Positions 10,220 through 21,360 of a stretch of DNA of 24,838 bases are shown piece after piece (within the stretch, counting starts at the first letter, position 1; each line of letters starts with the position of its first letter). Made by a program: the position numbers and the translations under genes. This DNA comes from Azolla caroliniana (Eukaryota; Plantae; Polypodiophyta). The DNA is taken from NCBI GenBank assembly GCA_043228905.1, contig JBHGNT010000448.1:1-24838 (forward strand), read 5' to 3'. The notes under the pieces were generated by a model. That model did no database searches and was not told the DNA's origin. It was given only the letters and a program-made list of their open reading frames with translations.

Positions 10220-10953
10220 TGGCGTATACCTTCATAGTTTATGGTTAATTAAAATAATTAAGTAGGGAGATAGCAAAAGAGGAGAGAGTGTGTTCTTTTC
10301 CATTTGCCTAAGCAATTGGCTGCTTGACTATCTCCGCTTCTCCTGCCACATGCATCATACCTCTAATTCCCTTCGCTAAGTATATGACATGAGCTTCTAT
10401 ACTACTTTGATTATGAACGCGTCGAATTAAGGTGCAACTTCGTATTCTGAGGCAAAGATGCCTTCCATCCACTTTCCCATGATCAACGTGTCATCTATGT
10501 AGGGGGTAACATAACCATCATACCAAATTTTATTTTCTTCTCACACTGGATTAAGAATAAATGTGCTCGATTCAGGATTTGCTTAAGTAATCGGCCGCTG
10601 TTGAGTAAATACGATAATTTTGGAGTTGAATGCCAAATAAACAGCACGCGATTGGGCTGTAGAAGCGGACGACAGTTTTCCTCAGTTGAACGCTTACTTT
10701 TGATGAATTCAGGTGTCGTCCAAGATTAGAACTTCGGGTCTGACACATCAGAAAAATGCCGCAGAAACAGTGACATGGTGATGGTCTGTATACTCATTTG
10801 GATTTATGGAATCCTGGGCCATCAAAGGATGTCATCATACCTTGAATCTTGGATGAGAAACCATGGGTTTTCAGCCTCGCAGGGTAGGGATCCATCTCAG
10901 TGGTGGCCACCTTAATAAAAGAGATGGTCAAAGTAGATATCTAGATCGTCCTC

Positions 10954-13900
10954 ATGACCATGACCTTCTTGCACCGGCTCCAGCTAGTCTCTCTCACCTC
11001 TAAAAGTCTTCAGAAATCGAGACATTTTGCTACAGTAGCTAGGTTAGGACTCCACAAAGAGCTTCAATCCCTGCAGTTCTTACACATTAGAGGGGAATCT
11101 TTGTCCCGCAACTGTCTGTATAACATTCTGTGTAACAGCCATGGAAAGAAAGACTCGGATTCAGCATCCTACAGGCATTTGCACCTTCTGCTGATCAGCA
11201 CTGAACTCGATGAGCATGCTGCATTGGGAGATCATCTGGTGAGGGCTTTTGCGCGTTATGGGCACTTATTAGAGGCTTCCTTAACCTTCTGCAATATAAA
11301 GAAGCCTAGTTTACATACATGGCATGCAATCATTTCAGCTCACAGTGTGCTGGGGCAGAGCAAGAATGTGCTTGAGTTGTTTCACCAAATGCAAAAGGAG
11401 AATTTACAGCCCAACAAGTTTGTCTACTCATGCATTGCAAAGGCATGTGGTGACATTGGTGAGCTCATGCAAGGGAGGGCAATGCACGAGCAAATTATAA
11501 AAAGTCAGGTTGAAGTGGACGCCATCATGTCAACCACCCTAATTGACATGTATACAAAATGTGGGGATCTTAGTGCAGCATGGCAGGTGTTTGAGGAAAC
11601 TCCAAATATGAATATTATAGCTTGTAATACACTGATATCTGGTCTTATTGAGCAGGGTCAATGCCTTTCTGCTTTGAATCTTTTCGACAGAGTGATTGAG
11701 AATGGCATCGAGCCCTCATCAATCACTCTTTTGTGTATTTTGAAGGCATGTGGCAATGTAGGGTTCTTACTAAGAGGTGAAGTCACACATGACTTGTGTA
11801 TCAGAGCTGCATTTGAGTCAGATGTGTCAATTGGAACTTCTCTTGTTGACATGTATGTGAAGTGCAAGAGGTTAGAGGAAGCATGCAGAGTTTTTGAGGC
11901 ACTAAACACGAAGAACATCATTTCATGGAATGTTCTAATTTCAGGTCTTTCTCAGCAAGGATATGGCCATCTTGCTTATGACCATTTCAAAAGGATGGTT
12001 AAAGATGGAATTGAACCAGACAAAGTGACATTTTCAAGCCTTTTGAGTGCATGTGGCAGCGTAGGAGCCAAACAACAGGGTGACCTTATATATGATCACC
12101 TCATTAGAAGTGGTTTACTACTAGATATAATTGTTGGAAACACCCTCGTGGATATGTATGGGAAGTTTGGAAGAATAGAGGATGCCTGTAATTTATTTGA
12201 CCGATTAGATGAAAAGAACGTGGTGACATGGAATGCTCTGATAAATGGATATGTTCAACATGGTTCCAGTGAGTTTGCTGTGCTGCTTTTCCATAGAATG
12301 CAAGAGGAAGGCATAAATCCCGACAATGTCACTTTACCTTGTATTATAAATGCATGTAGCACGTCAGAAACCTTAAGTCAAGGTAGAATGCTTCATAGCA
12401 ACATACTTAAACAAGGTTACGCTCAGGATTTAGCTGTAAGCAATGCCCTTGTGCATATGTATGCAGAATACGGAAACTTTGAGGATGCATGTAAAGTATT
12501 CAATGAGATAGCCAGCACCAGAAATGTGGTTTCTTGGAATACAATAATCACAGGTTATTTACAGCAAGAACATTATAATCTTGTGTTGAATTACTTCCAT
12601 AAATTGTTGCAAGAGGAAGTTGAACCTGACAAGGTCACATTTTTATGCATACTAAAAGCTTGTGAGAATATGGGTAATGTAGATCAAGGAATGGTGCTAC
12701 ATGACTGGGTAATCAATAAAGGGCTTCATGTTGACATTGCTCTTGCAAATGCTCTATTAAATATGTATCTAAAATGTGGATGCTCTTCTGAAGCTGGCAA
12801 AATTTTTGATTCCATGGAGTGTCGGGATGCCGTTTCATGGGGTACAATGATCACGGGATGCAGCCAACTCGAATGTGGTTCTCATGCTATTCATCTTTAT
12901 TCTGAAATGCTAAAGGAGGGATTGGAGTTGAACACAATTCTGCTTTCTTGTGTCCTCAAGGTTTGTGGTAATATGCGAGGCATACATCATGGCAGGCTAA
13001 TTCATAAAGATATTATCACTAGAAATCTTCAATTTGATGTAACCCTTGAAAATACACTTATTTACATGTATGCAAAATGTGGGAGCCTTGAAGATGCCAA
13101 TGTACTGTTTGCAGGTTCTCAAAAACGAGATTTAAAAACGTGGAATGTAATGATTGCTGGATACTCCCAGCAAGGATTTAACCATTGTGCCCTCAAGCTT
13201 TTTAAAATATTGCTGCAAGAGAACCTTAGTCCAAATGAAGCTTCCTTTTCTTGTGTTCTTAATGTATGTGCTTGTATGAGAGACATAGGGCAAGGCAGAG
13301 TTATACATTGCCAGGCTTGTGAGAATGGATATGCTCTTGATATAGTAATTGGCAATACCCTTGTGGATATGTACAGCAAATGTGGAGAATTTGAAGATGC
13401 TAAATCAGTTCTAGATAAACTCAGTTATCAAGATATAGTGGCATGGAATACAATTCTTGGAGGCCTTGTTGAGCAGGGACATGGGGCTGTAGCTATCAGA
13501 CTTTTTCAGGAGATGGTGGAAAAAGATGTTGAACCTAATAATGTAACGTTTATATGTATTTTGAAAGCGTGCAGTGCTATAGGATCATTGGAACAAGGCA
13601 AGGTGGTGCACAGAAAGCTTTTGCAAAGCAGGATTGATGTGGATTCCATCCTTGGGAACTCTCTGATTGACATGTATGTTAGATGTGGAAACCTGGAAGA
13701 AGCATTCACAGTCTTTTCTAAGCAACATAATCGAGATGTGGTGTCTTACAACACAATGATTTCTGGGTATGTGCGGAATAATAAAGGTTTTTCAGCCTTG
13801 AAAGTCTTTGAAAAAATGCAAGCAGAAGGGATTAAAGCTGACAAAGTCACAGCTCTTTGCATGCTAAAAACCTGTGGATCGATGGGAGCTGTGAAACAGG

Positions 13901-14547
13901 CAAGTCTGATACATGATCAACTTATAAGAAATGGATTTGATTCAGATGTTGCCATAGGCAATTTGCTCATTATCGTGTATGCAGCATGTGGAAATTTGGA
14001 AGAGTCTCACCGGATGTTCAATATACGGCCATTTCATGACGTGGTTTCATGGACTTCATTGATCTCGGCATATTCTCTACATGGTATACACACAGTAGCA
14101 GGGCATTGCCTGAAACAGATGGAACAACAGGGATTAATTCCAGTTGATGCTGCATTTACTAGTATTTTGTCAGCTTGTAGTCATGCAGGAAACGTTGAAG
14201 AAGGGTATGATTACTTCAATTTGATGAAGGATCAATATGGCATTCAACCAAGTATTGAGCATTATAATTGCATGGTTCAACTCCTTGGGCAATCTGGTTG
14301 TCTTAAAGAGGCTGAGTTGATGCTTCGAACAATGCCAATAGCAGCGGATACGTGTAGTTGGATGACCTTATTGATAGCATGTAGATGCTTTGGCAATATA
14401 AATATGGGAAAATTGTGCTTGAATGAAGCTATCAAATTGGATTCTGATACAATAGCAGGATATGTGCTGCTGTCAAGCATGTATGCTGAAAGTCATATAT
14501 TGGAGAATGCTTTAGTACCAATGGAATATAGGAAACTACAAATTTGA
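10954..14547 (+). CDS. PLS-class pentatricopeptide repeat protein, E subgroup (putative organellar RNA-editing specificity factor), 1197 aa
   Basis: Intronless ORF. About 31 motifs: one S, nine P-L-S triplets (e.g. VVTWNALINGY / VTFLCILKAC / GNTLVDMYSKCG), then P2-L2-S2 (FTSILSACSHAGNVEEG, IEHYNCMVQLLG), E1 (WMTLLIACR) and a short E2 (YVLLSSMYA). No E+/DYW. The N-terminus is rich in S/L/R/K and lacks acidic residues, like a transit peptide. Confidence 0.96.
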   Translation: MTMTFLHRLQLVSLTSKSLQKSRHFATVARLGLHKELQSLQFLHIRGESLSRNCLYNILCNSHGKKDSDSASYRHLHLLLISTELDEHAALGDHLVRAFARYGHLLEASLTFCNIKKPSLHTWHAIISAHSVLGQSKNVLELFHQMQKENLQPNKFVYSCIAKACGDIGELMQGRAMHEQIIKSQVEVDAIMSTTLIDMYTKCGDLSAAWQVFEETPNMNIIACNTLISGLIEQGQCLSALNLFDRVIENGIEPSSITLLCILKACGNVGFLLRGEVTHDLCIRAAFESDVSIGTSLVDMYVKCKRLEEACRVFEALNTKNIISWNVLISGLSQQGYGHLAYDHFKRMVKDGIEPDKVTFSSLLSACGSVGAKQQGDLIYDHLIRSGLLLDIIVGNTLVDMYGKFGRIEDACNLFDRLDEKNVVTWNALINGYVQHGSSEFAVLLFHRMQEEGINPDNVTLPCIINACSTSETLSQGRMLHSNILKQGYAQDLAVSNALVHMYAEYGNFEDACKVFNEIASTRNVVSWNTIITGYLQQEHYNLVLNYFHKLLQEEVEPDKVTFLCILKACENMGNVDQGMVLHDWVINKGLHVDIALANALLNMYLKCGCSSEAGKIFDSMECRDAVSWGTMITGCSQLECGSHAIHLYSEMLKEGLELNTILLSCVLKVCGNMRGIHHGRLIHKDIITRNLQFDVTLENTLIYMYAKCGSLEDANVLFAGSQKRDLKTWNVMIAGYSQQGFNHCALKLFKILLQENLSPNEASFSCVLNVCACMRDIGQGRVIHCQACENGYALDIVIGNTLVDMYSKCGEFEDAKSVLDKLSYQDIVAWNTILGGLVEQGHGAVAIRLFQEMVEKDVEPNNVTFICILKACSAIGSLEQGKVVHRKLLQSRIDVDSILGNSLIDMYVRCGNLEEAFTVFSKQHNRDVVSYNTMISGYVRNNKGFSALKVFEKMQAEGIKADKVTALCMLKTCGSMGAVKQASLIHDQLIRNGFDSDVAIGNLLIIVYAACGNLEESHRMFNIRPFHDVVSWTSLISAYSLHGIHTVAGHCLKQMEQQGLIPVDAAFTSILSACSHAGNVEEGYDYFNLMKDQYGIQPSIEHYNCMVQLLGQSGCLKEAELMLRTMPIAADTCSWMTLLIACRCFGNINMGKLCLNEAIKLDSDTIAGYVLLSSMYAESHILENALVPMEYRKLQI

Positions 14548-16582
14548 AATAATAGACAAACTCAAAGAAATGATGGACAGTCAATGATCATGAACCGAAC
14601 CAAATAGCAATATAAATGATTGGGGTTTGCATTGGATGGATATGATGAGGTGACTAGAGAGGCTGATGGAAATTTTGGGGTGCTAGTCAGGTATTCTTTT
14701 GAAATTTGCTCCTCCAAGCTTCCTGTATACTTGTGTGTATTGTAAATTGTAAGAGGATTCTTTAACCATCGTGTGTTGCAAATTGTAGGATTCAGGTTGG
14801 CACAGATGGCCCGATCTTTTGCAAAAAACATATCCCAGAAATGAACTAAAGGATGCAAGTATCCCATGCACGGTTTTCAAGTCAGGTTGCAGGCTGCCAT
14901 ATGGCTTGATCTCATGATACATTCCATGATGGATATGGCTTGAGCTAGGTCATTGCATCAATGTCTCTGTATGGGTAAAAGTAAACCAAAAGCTCACTAT
15001 CATCATATTTTGTAATATCATGTCCATAAAACAGAAAATTCCATAGAGTTGAGACTGAACCTAAAAGTTAAAACCTAAAATGTATCCTTGTAAGGAATGA
15101 AAAATCTAACCCTGGTATTATATATTTTCGTGTCATAAAATGTATTTGCATGTTTGCAAGAAATATATATGTGAAACTAATATAGAATTCGTAAACCTTT
15201 TACTTATTTTGTACAACAGGACTAAGAGGCTCTGTGATACAAGATACTATATTTGCAGAGCTAGTCATCCAGAGGCATATAAGGGAGCTATATGTGGATC
15301 ATGCTAGGGTTGGGGAGTGATAGCTTACATATGGATCAGTTTGTAGAAGAATAGAGAATGCCTTCATTGTGTCAATCAAGCCATAAAATAATGCTTCTAG
15401 AGTAGCTTGCATCTATCTTGCAGTATATTCAATATCTCCTTCTCATCCAAGGTCCTTTTGAAGGTTGATGCTGAAGACAAATGATGATTTCCTCAATTTT
15501 CCTGTAATATCTACGTCTTAAATCTCCTAGCTTGTGGATGATGCTCTCCGGAAATCTTAGTCACCTGCTTGAGAAGTTTCTCATTAAAGTCAAGTCATAC
15601 TCCCGGTAACTGCTGTTAATGGAGATGAGGGAGGGTAACGATGGTGGAGTCGCTCTTGCAGGGCTCAGAGGTGTAAGCAATGAAGAAGTAGCCATTCTGT
15701 AGATCTTGCGCCTGGACAGCCCTTGTTGTCCAAATGTGTGCGACAGTGTTGGTATATCTGGTAAAGAACTTGATAAACATATGTTGAATGTTCGGATATC
15801 AAGCCAATTGTTGTACTTGTTTTTATGGAAATGGAACTCTAGTATTGTGAGATAATTTTTAAAATTTGTATATTCCTACAATCATGGTCTTTCTATTCTC
15901 ATATTTCTTGATGAAGACGGATCTTCATGGGATGGAGAAAGAGAGTAATCTTTTATTAATTTGAATAAAGGTATGGCATTGAACCCCAGTCACTGTTTAG
16001 TTTCTATCAGATTCTGAATAAAAACTACTAGTAGACATGACAAGTGTGAGTGCCAATAAATTCTATCTTTTTGAATGTGATGGTATCTTAGATCAGGGGG
16101 ATTATCTCTCAGCTGGGTGAAGCAGCAAGCTTTGATTGGTTTAACTATCCCTCTTCCTTGCGTTATTTCTTTAGCATGGAATATGGACACAATATGTAGA
16201 GTGGTGTGATAGACACCATATTCAATGTTAAGGTAAAATCATACGTCTGGAGCTAAATATGCATCCATTTACCTCTTCTCTCTCAAGTATTCTTAACTTT
16301 GGAAAAGAAGCATTACAGTCAGAAGAACCAAACTCTACTCAATTATCTGAATACTCTCTTCTTTAACAAAAACTTTTCAAACGTCAGGCTCTCAAAACAA
16401 TAGGCTTTCAAAGACAATGCTAATTTAAAACAGTGGTGAGCACACTTGCTTTTTTCACCCTAAAATAAAAGCTTAGGTTTTTAACGAGATAAAATGCTAA
16501 CAAAAAAGAGCAACCATAGTGATGGAGAGTGATGTGGATGTCTTGATAGACCACAAGGAGGATATTGAATAACTGTTTTTTC

Positions 16583-18286
16583 TCAGCCAGATGAGCAGAT
16601 CATGACCTTGCATCTGATAATCCTATGGTTCATCAGAAAGAAGCCTGGCATGACCATGGCTAATATCTTTACAGAATCATGGTGCTCCAATGTAGCACAA
16701 TGATGATGTTGATGGTTCAGCCAGAATTTGCCATGCTGATCACGAGCGTAGGGAAGCGCTTCCATGTAACGAGGATCAAAGTGGGATTCAGTGCCCACCC
16801 GGAAAATTGTAGCAGGGTACTGGAAAGAGAAGGTTAGTAGGTGAAGCATCCATATCCACCTGGCTGCAATAAAGAAGGACTTTGCAACCTCATCTGGCCA
16901 CTCCCCGATCTCCCAGTGCAACACTTTGTCTGCAATTTTGTTCATCTTCTCATTGCAGAACTCATCAAAGCTCTCACTGTAGGCATTGGAACTGGATTCG
17001 CCTCTGTATATCAACAGTTCGTCCCACCCCACCTGCAACAAGCTTGTGTAAGTCCTGTAGAAAGTTAGTGACCGTTGCCTTGGATCCAACATGCAATGGA
17101 TCTGGCTGCTGCCACTCTTTCTGAACTCTATGTTCTCAAAGTCTTCATAAAAGACTTGGTTGAACAAAGACTCCAGATGATACTTCACAGCCTTAACAGA
17201 TCCAATACGACTATTGATATGCACATAATCAACATGAAGTTCTTGCAGTAAGGCGTCTAGTTTGTGGATGCCTGCTTGGTCCTGCATCAGAGCTCTGCAC
17301 ATTTGCTTCACCCCTATTCTCGCCTCCACCACCGCATTACAAAACTCCTCCTTTGTGGGCTCTAGCAGAGTACCTGGCCAAGAATCAGATGATATATTAA
17401 TCCAAGGTACCTGATCATAAATACTACCCACCAGGCCATCAGACAATGCAGCTTCTTCAACTGTGATGCTAAATCTGTTGTTGGTTGATGCGTTTGTTTT
17501 TTTACTTTGTAATGCTGCTGGTGTATATTGGAGTTTATACTTGTTCTCCAGCTGCTCGAGTTTGCTTTCCATCTCTTGTACGACCCTTTTGAGCTTAAAG
17601 ATCTCTGTGATTGTCACATCTCTATGTTCCCGCTCAGTACCAGACACTGCGTCTTCATGGACAGAATTTAAAGTCAAGTCTAATTCTATTTGTTCATCAT
17701 CCTTATGGCTCGAGGTTGCTTCCCCTTTATGAGAAGATATTATCTCAGAATGTGTATTGGATTTGGATTTGATCGCAGTGTCATGTACTACTTGGCATGT
17801 GCACAATATTGATGAAGCTGGATGCAGAGTGCCCTTCTTCTTGATGGATTTAAACCATGACCTCAATGTACATTGGAGACTTAATTTCGGGTTTTTGTGA
17901 GAATTCGTTAATGCATTGACATTAAACTTACCCCCTGGAATTAAACAACCCTCACATCTAAGATGGTCTCCATGGATCTTTATTTCATTTCTCCCACAAT
18001 GCTTTGTAGCCTCTGTTTTGAATGAGGTGCCTTTTGATCTGCATGTATGAATAAGACTCAATGGGTTACTAGAGGACGATACATGATACTCATGAGTCTC
18101 TGGCCCAAAAGGTTTGACATCCTTTCGAATTTCTTGGACATTCATTGTTGAAATTGGGCTGAGATATTCTCCTAGATGTTTCCGAGAGCACGTGCTAGCG
18201 GCATGGGCTGAATGTCTCGTGTTACCAAAGTCGTCACTCTCCCAGTAGATCCCACATTGTGTGGAATTCATTGGTGGCTGATCCAT
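16583..18286 (-). CDS. IRKI: IRK-interacting protein-like (IRKI/GIL1-related family), 567 aa
   Basis: Single ORF with a coiled-coil segment (EIFKLKRVVQEMESKLEQLE) and the family's C-terminal motifs: KAVKYHLESLFNQVFYEDFEN, LDPRQ, ESFDEFCNEKM, FFIAARWIWMLHLLTFSF, FDPRYME, VMPGF...IIRCKV. An in-frame stop lies just upstream of ATG 18286; an upstream exon cannot be excluded. The symbol denotes family, not proven orthology. Confidence 0.85.
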   Translation of the reverse strand: MDQPPMNSTQCGIYWESDDFGNTRHSAHAASTCSRKHLGEYLSPISTMNVQEIRKDVKPFGPETHEYHVSSSSNPLSLIHTCRSKGTSFKTEATKHCGRNEIKIHGDHLRCEGCLIPGGKFNVNALTNSHKNPKLSLQCTLRSWFKSIKKKGTLHPASSILCTCQVVHDTAIKSKSNTHSEIISSHKGEATSSHKDDEQIELDLTLNSVHEDAVSGTEREHRDVTITEIFKLKRVVQEMESKLEQLENKYKLQYTPAALQSKKTNASTNNRFSITVEEAALSDGLVGSIYDQVPWINISSDSWPGTLLEPTKEEFCNAVVEARIGVKQMCRALMQDQAGIHKLDALLQELHVDYVHINSRIGSVKAVKYHLESLFNQVFYEDFENIEFRKSGSSQIHCMLDPRQRSLTFYRTYTSLLQVGWDELLIYRGESSSNAYSESFDEFCNEKMNKIADKVLHWEIGEWPDEVAKSFFIAARWIWMLHLLTFSFQYPATIFRVGTESHFDPRYMEALPYARDQHGKFWLNHQHHHCATLEHHDSVKILAMVMPGFFLMNHRIIRCKVMICSSG

Positions 18287-20176
18287 GGAACTAATGTAAT
18301 GAGCTGGTGATCATCTCACGACAGTGTCATAATTCGAGATGCCGGTGGGGTAGCTCAGTGTATTCTCAATGATGATGATCAGCCATGATCAGCGTAGTAA
18401 TTGATTTCCCAACTTTTAATGGTGAGCTCCTAGGTGCTAGCGCACGTTGATGGGTGGAAGCTTGCCGCACCACCACAGCTTCCCACCAGACGAGAAATGT
18501 ATGTCTCAGAGCTGATCATTTCATCGCCTGTTGAGGTGATGAATAAACAGGCAGTCACCCTTTGTTAATTGAGAGAAACAGATCGTATATGATCTGAATT
18601 TAGAAGATGAATACGTAAAAGGAACATGTACATGATTAATAATTAGCCTTTCGGGGTATGTATATAGTCACATCATCTTATAGAGTACAATATCCTCTAA
18701 CAGGGAATTGGGCCTAATGTAGTTCAACATATCCTATCAGAATACAGATAAATGGGGCTGCATGATCAATACAAAAGAATATAGAATTTTAAAATAATTC
18801 ATAATGCCCAACCCTTCGGTTCTCTTGGGTAATGGTAACATATGATTCCATGGATCGGTAACATACATACAATTCCATGACAGTTGGGATCTGAACTTAA
18901 ATTATTAGACATGGTATACCATTCCTCCCACACGTCCTTAGGTGTATTCCTTTATGTAAGAGAAAGGCTGTTAAAGTTTTCACCCCTGCATTTCGCAAAT
19001 GTCAGTTGGTAAATTTGTGGGATATGAACCGGGTGAAGTATGGCTTTCCACTAGGGTTAATGAACCCCAATATAAATTCAAAAGCAGTGCAAGAGAGATC
19101 GATGTCTTCTCTCACATTCATCAACTTTCATTTGGAGCATGTCTTCCTATTAACGAAGTGAGATGCATTAAACCGGACACAAAAAGCAAATTTTTGATGC
19201 ATTCTGTCGTTCCTACATGCAATAGTGAATTTTAACCTTTCAAAGAGAGATGCAAAATAGAGCAGCGACTCAAACATTTTTTAAGATAAGTAAAGTTCAG
19301 CAAAAATTTCATGCTACATATTCAGCTTTAACAATAGATTAAGTTCTTACACACAAAATATGTAGTACATGTTGGGGAATGTTTTGATGATCGTGCTATC
19401 AGAATCTTAGATTGTGATCGATCATACACACCAATTGTTCCCGTGTATTGGGTTTGGTGTCGTGATTATCATCAATTTCAGTTTCACACACCCATCCATT
19501 TTCTCATAAATGAGTGGCTTTACAGAATTGACATTCAATTTGACATATTTCCAATAATCATTCTTTCCCATTGAGAAAGAATATTGCTAATAAATAGCCG
19601 TCTACAAGATCACAAACCATTTGGATATCGATCTTTCTTCTGGCTTCCAACATTAATTTCTACCACGCTGTTGATCATGCTCATATTTCACATTATATCT
19701 CAATTCTCACGAACGATATGATTGAGGCTCGAATGACCTTAATCCAACTTAAATGTGCCTCCGATCATCAAACGTTTCTTACTTTCCACCTCAGGTAAAA
19801 GTAACTACTTTGTTTTGTTGTTTCATTAAATGTCCTTTCATGTTCTTCAGCCGTAAAAGCATTACAAGTGAGGTATTCATGCTCTCAATCAATATACGCT
19901 CCAATCCTTTATTACTCTTTCAAGACTTCCACAAACCCTTTTCCCAAACTTTGTTTACACAGATGATCAAATGCAGCAACATATTAACAAACAATGCATA
20001 ACATTCATTTCTTCATCAAACACACAAGATAGTACTTCACAAAATGGTCCATCTATCCCCAGGGGGGAAAAATTAAAGAGAAGATTTATCCAAAAAAGAA
20101 ACGAGGTCTCTCATATATAAATACTTTCTTAGAACATGTTCTGGAAGAGGTGCTTGGGATTATCTCTGTTTTTAAC

Positions 20177-20284
20177 ATGTCTCTCATACTCACATACTGT
20201 TCTCAACTATTCATTTCACAAACCTCATTTTAAAATGTCTCTCAGACATATATTGTTCTCAACTCCTCATTTTACAAATCTCAT
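20177..20284. repeat. Diverged tandem duplication, about 58-bp period
   Basis: ATGTCTCTCA...TGTTCTCAACT..TCATTT.ACAAA.CTCAT starts at 20177 and again at 20235. Confidence 0.75.
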
Positions 20285-20349
20285 CCACTTGAAGGTTTCG
20301 TTTTATAAATAAACACTATTCACTCTAATGGTACCATAATATGTAAATC

Positions 20350-20513
20350 CATTGAACAAAACTGATGAGGCATTTGTTGTTTCATTTAGATCAATCATTG
20401 AGCAAAACTATGGACATGCATTTTCATTTAGGATGTACATTGAACATAGAAAAAACCATGGACATTAGGAAAGGATCATCAAAAGATACGACATTGAACA
20501 CAGCTATGAACAG
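20350..20513. repeat. Degenerate minisatellite, about 4 units of 42-52 bp
   Basis: Recurrent CATTGA(A/G)CA...ATG.ACA, with TTTCATTTAG in the first two units. Confidence 0.6.
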
Positions 20514-21190
20514 TAGTTATTTGGGTTGGACTGAAAGCATTCCAAAATACATACCCTCAACATGCAAAACTTACAGGCACGAGCTCTTTCAGCTTGCTGT
20601 AGAATATGCCTTGAGCAATAATAAACAATCATCAGATGAGTCACGTCCTTGCCTCTAGATTAATGACTTGAGAGACTTGGTAGATTTATCCTCATCTTAG
20701 AACCAACAGTGAAAGCACAAGGGCTGAAAACTGAAAACTTTTTGCTCTCCCAAACAGATTCACAGACAACTTCAAGAAAAAACTGAGTGCAATGCTTCAT
20801 CGTATATTTGAACTGAAGTTAACAGCTTGATTATCCAACGTATACAGATATTCAGAGACAACATTTGTATTATGTCTCAGTCATCGTGTATTGTAGAGTT
20901 TATTTACATGAAACGCCTCGCCTACCACACCTTACAGATACATATACGACACATACAGTAGATGTTTGGTTAAAACCCATTTATAACTGCTTTCTTTATT
21001 TTCTTAGGGAGGGGCTGGCTTAGGGGTGTGGAGCAAAATTGTAGGCCTCAGGATAAGACCAAAAGAGCAGAAGAAGGATAATGCAGTTAGGTCCTTCTCT
21101 TTCCAATACTGAGGGCGGGCAGCAATTAGAAAAGTTTCTTTCTATCTGTGTGCATGTATGTTGATTACAACCTTGTTAGGTTTTACAGGT

Positions 21191-21360
21191 TGAAATCAAT
21201 CTCCACAAATTTCTATGATGAAGGGATACTAGTAGACACCGAATATCATTGTCTAAGAGGACCCACATATTCACAAATTGTCAGATATGCAATTGTACTC
21301 TTCAAGCACCTTTTCCTTGCAGCAGATGCAGTTTATCGATTATCACCTTCCGTTTTTGAA
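21191..21360 (-). pseudogene. Decayed tandem duplicate of the TBC gene's 3' coding segment
   Basis: Aligns by eye with 21376-21530. With two frameshifts it translates as QKRKVIID../KEKVLEEYNCISDNL/NMWVLLDNDIRCLLVSLHHR, versus the functional QKRRVIMDN..MEEVLEECNYMSGNLNIWVLLDDARRLIASCHHK. Confidence 0.85.

Noticed and set aside
11658-14480. Antisense ORFs within the PPR gene
   Set aside because: Shadow ORFs of the PPR codon structure.
14548-14930. Possible frameshifted E+/DYW domain after the PPR stop
   Set aside because: No PGxSWIE, HSE, CxDCH or DYW-like motif was seen in the plus-strand frames inspected.
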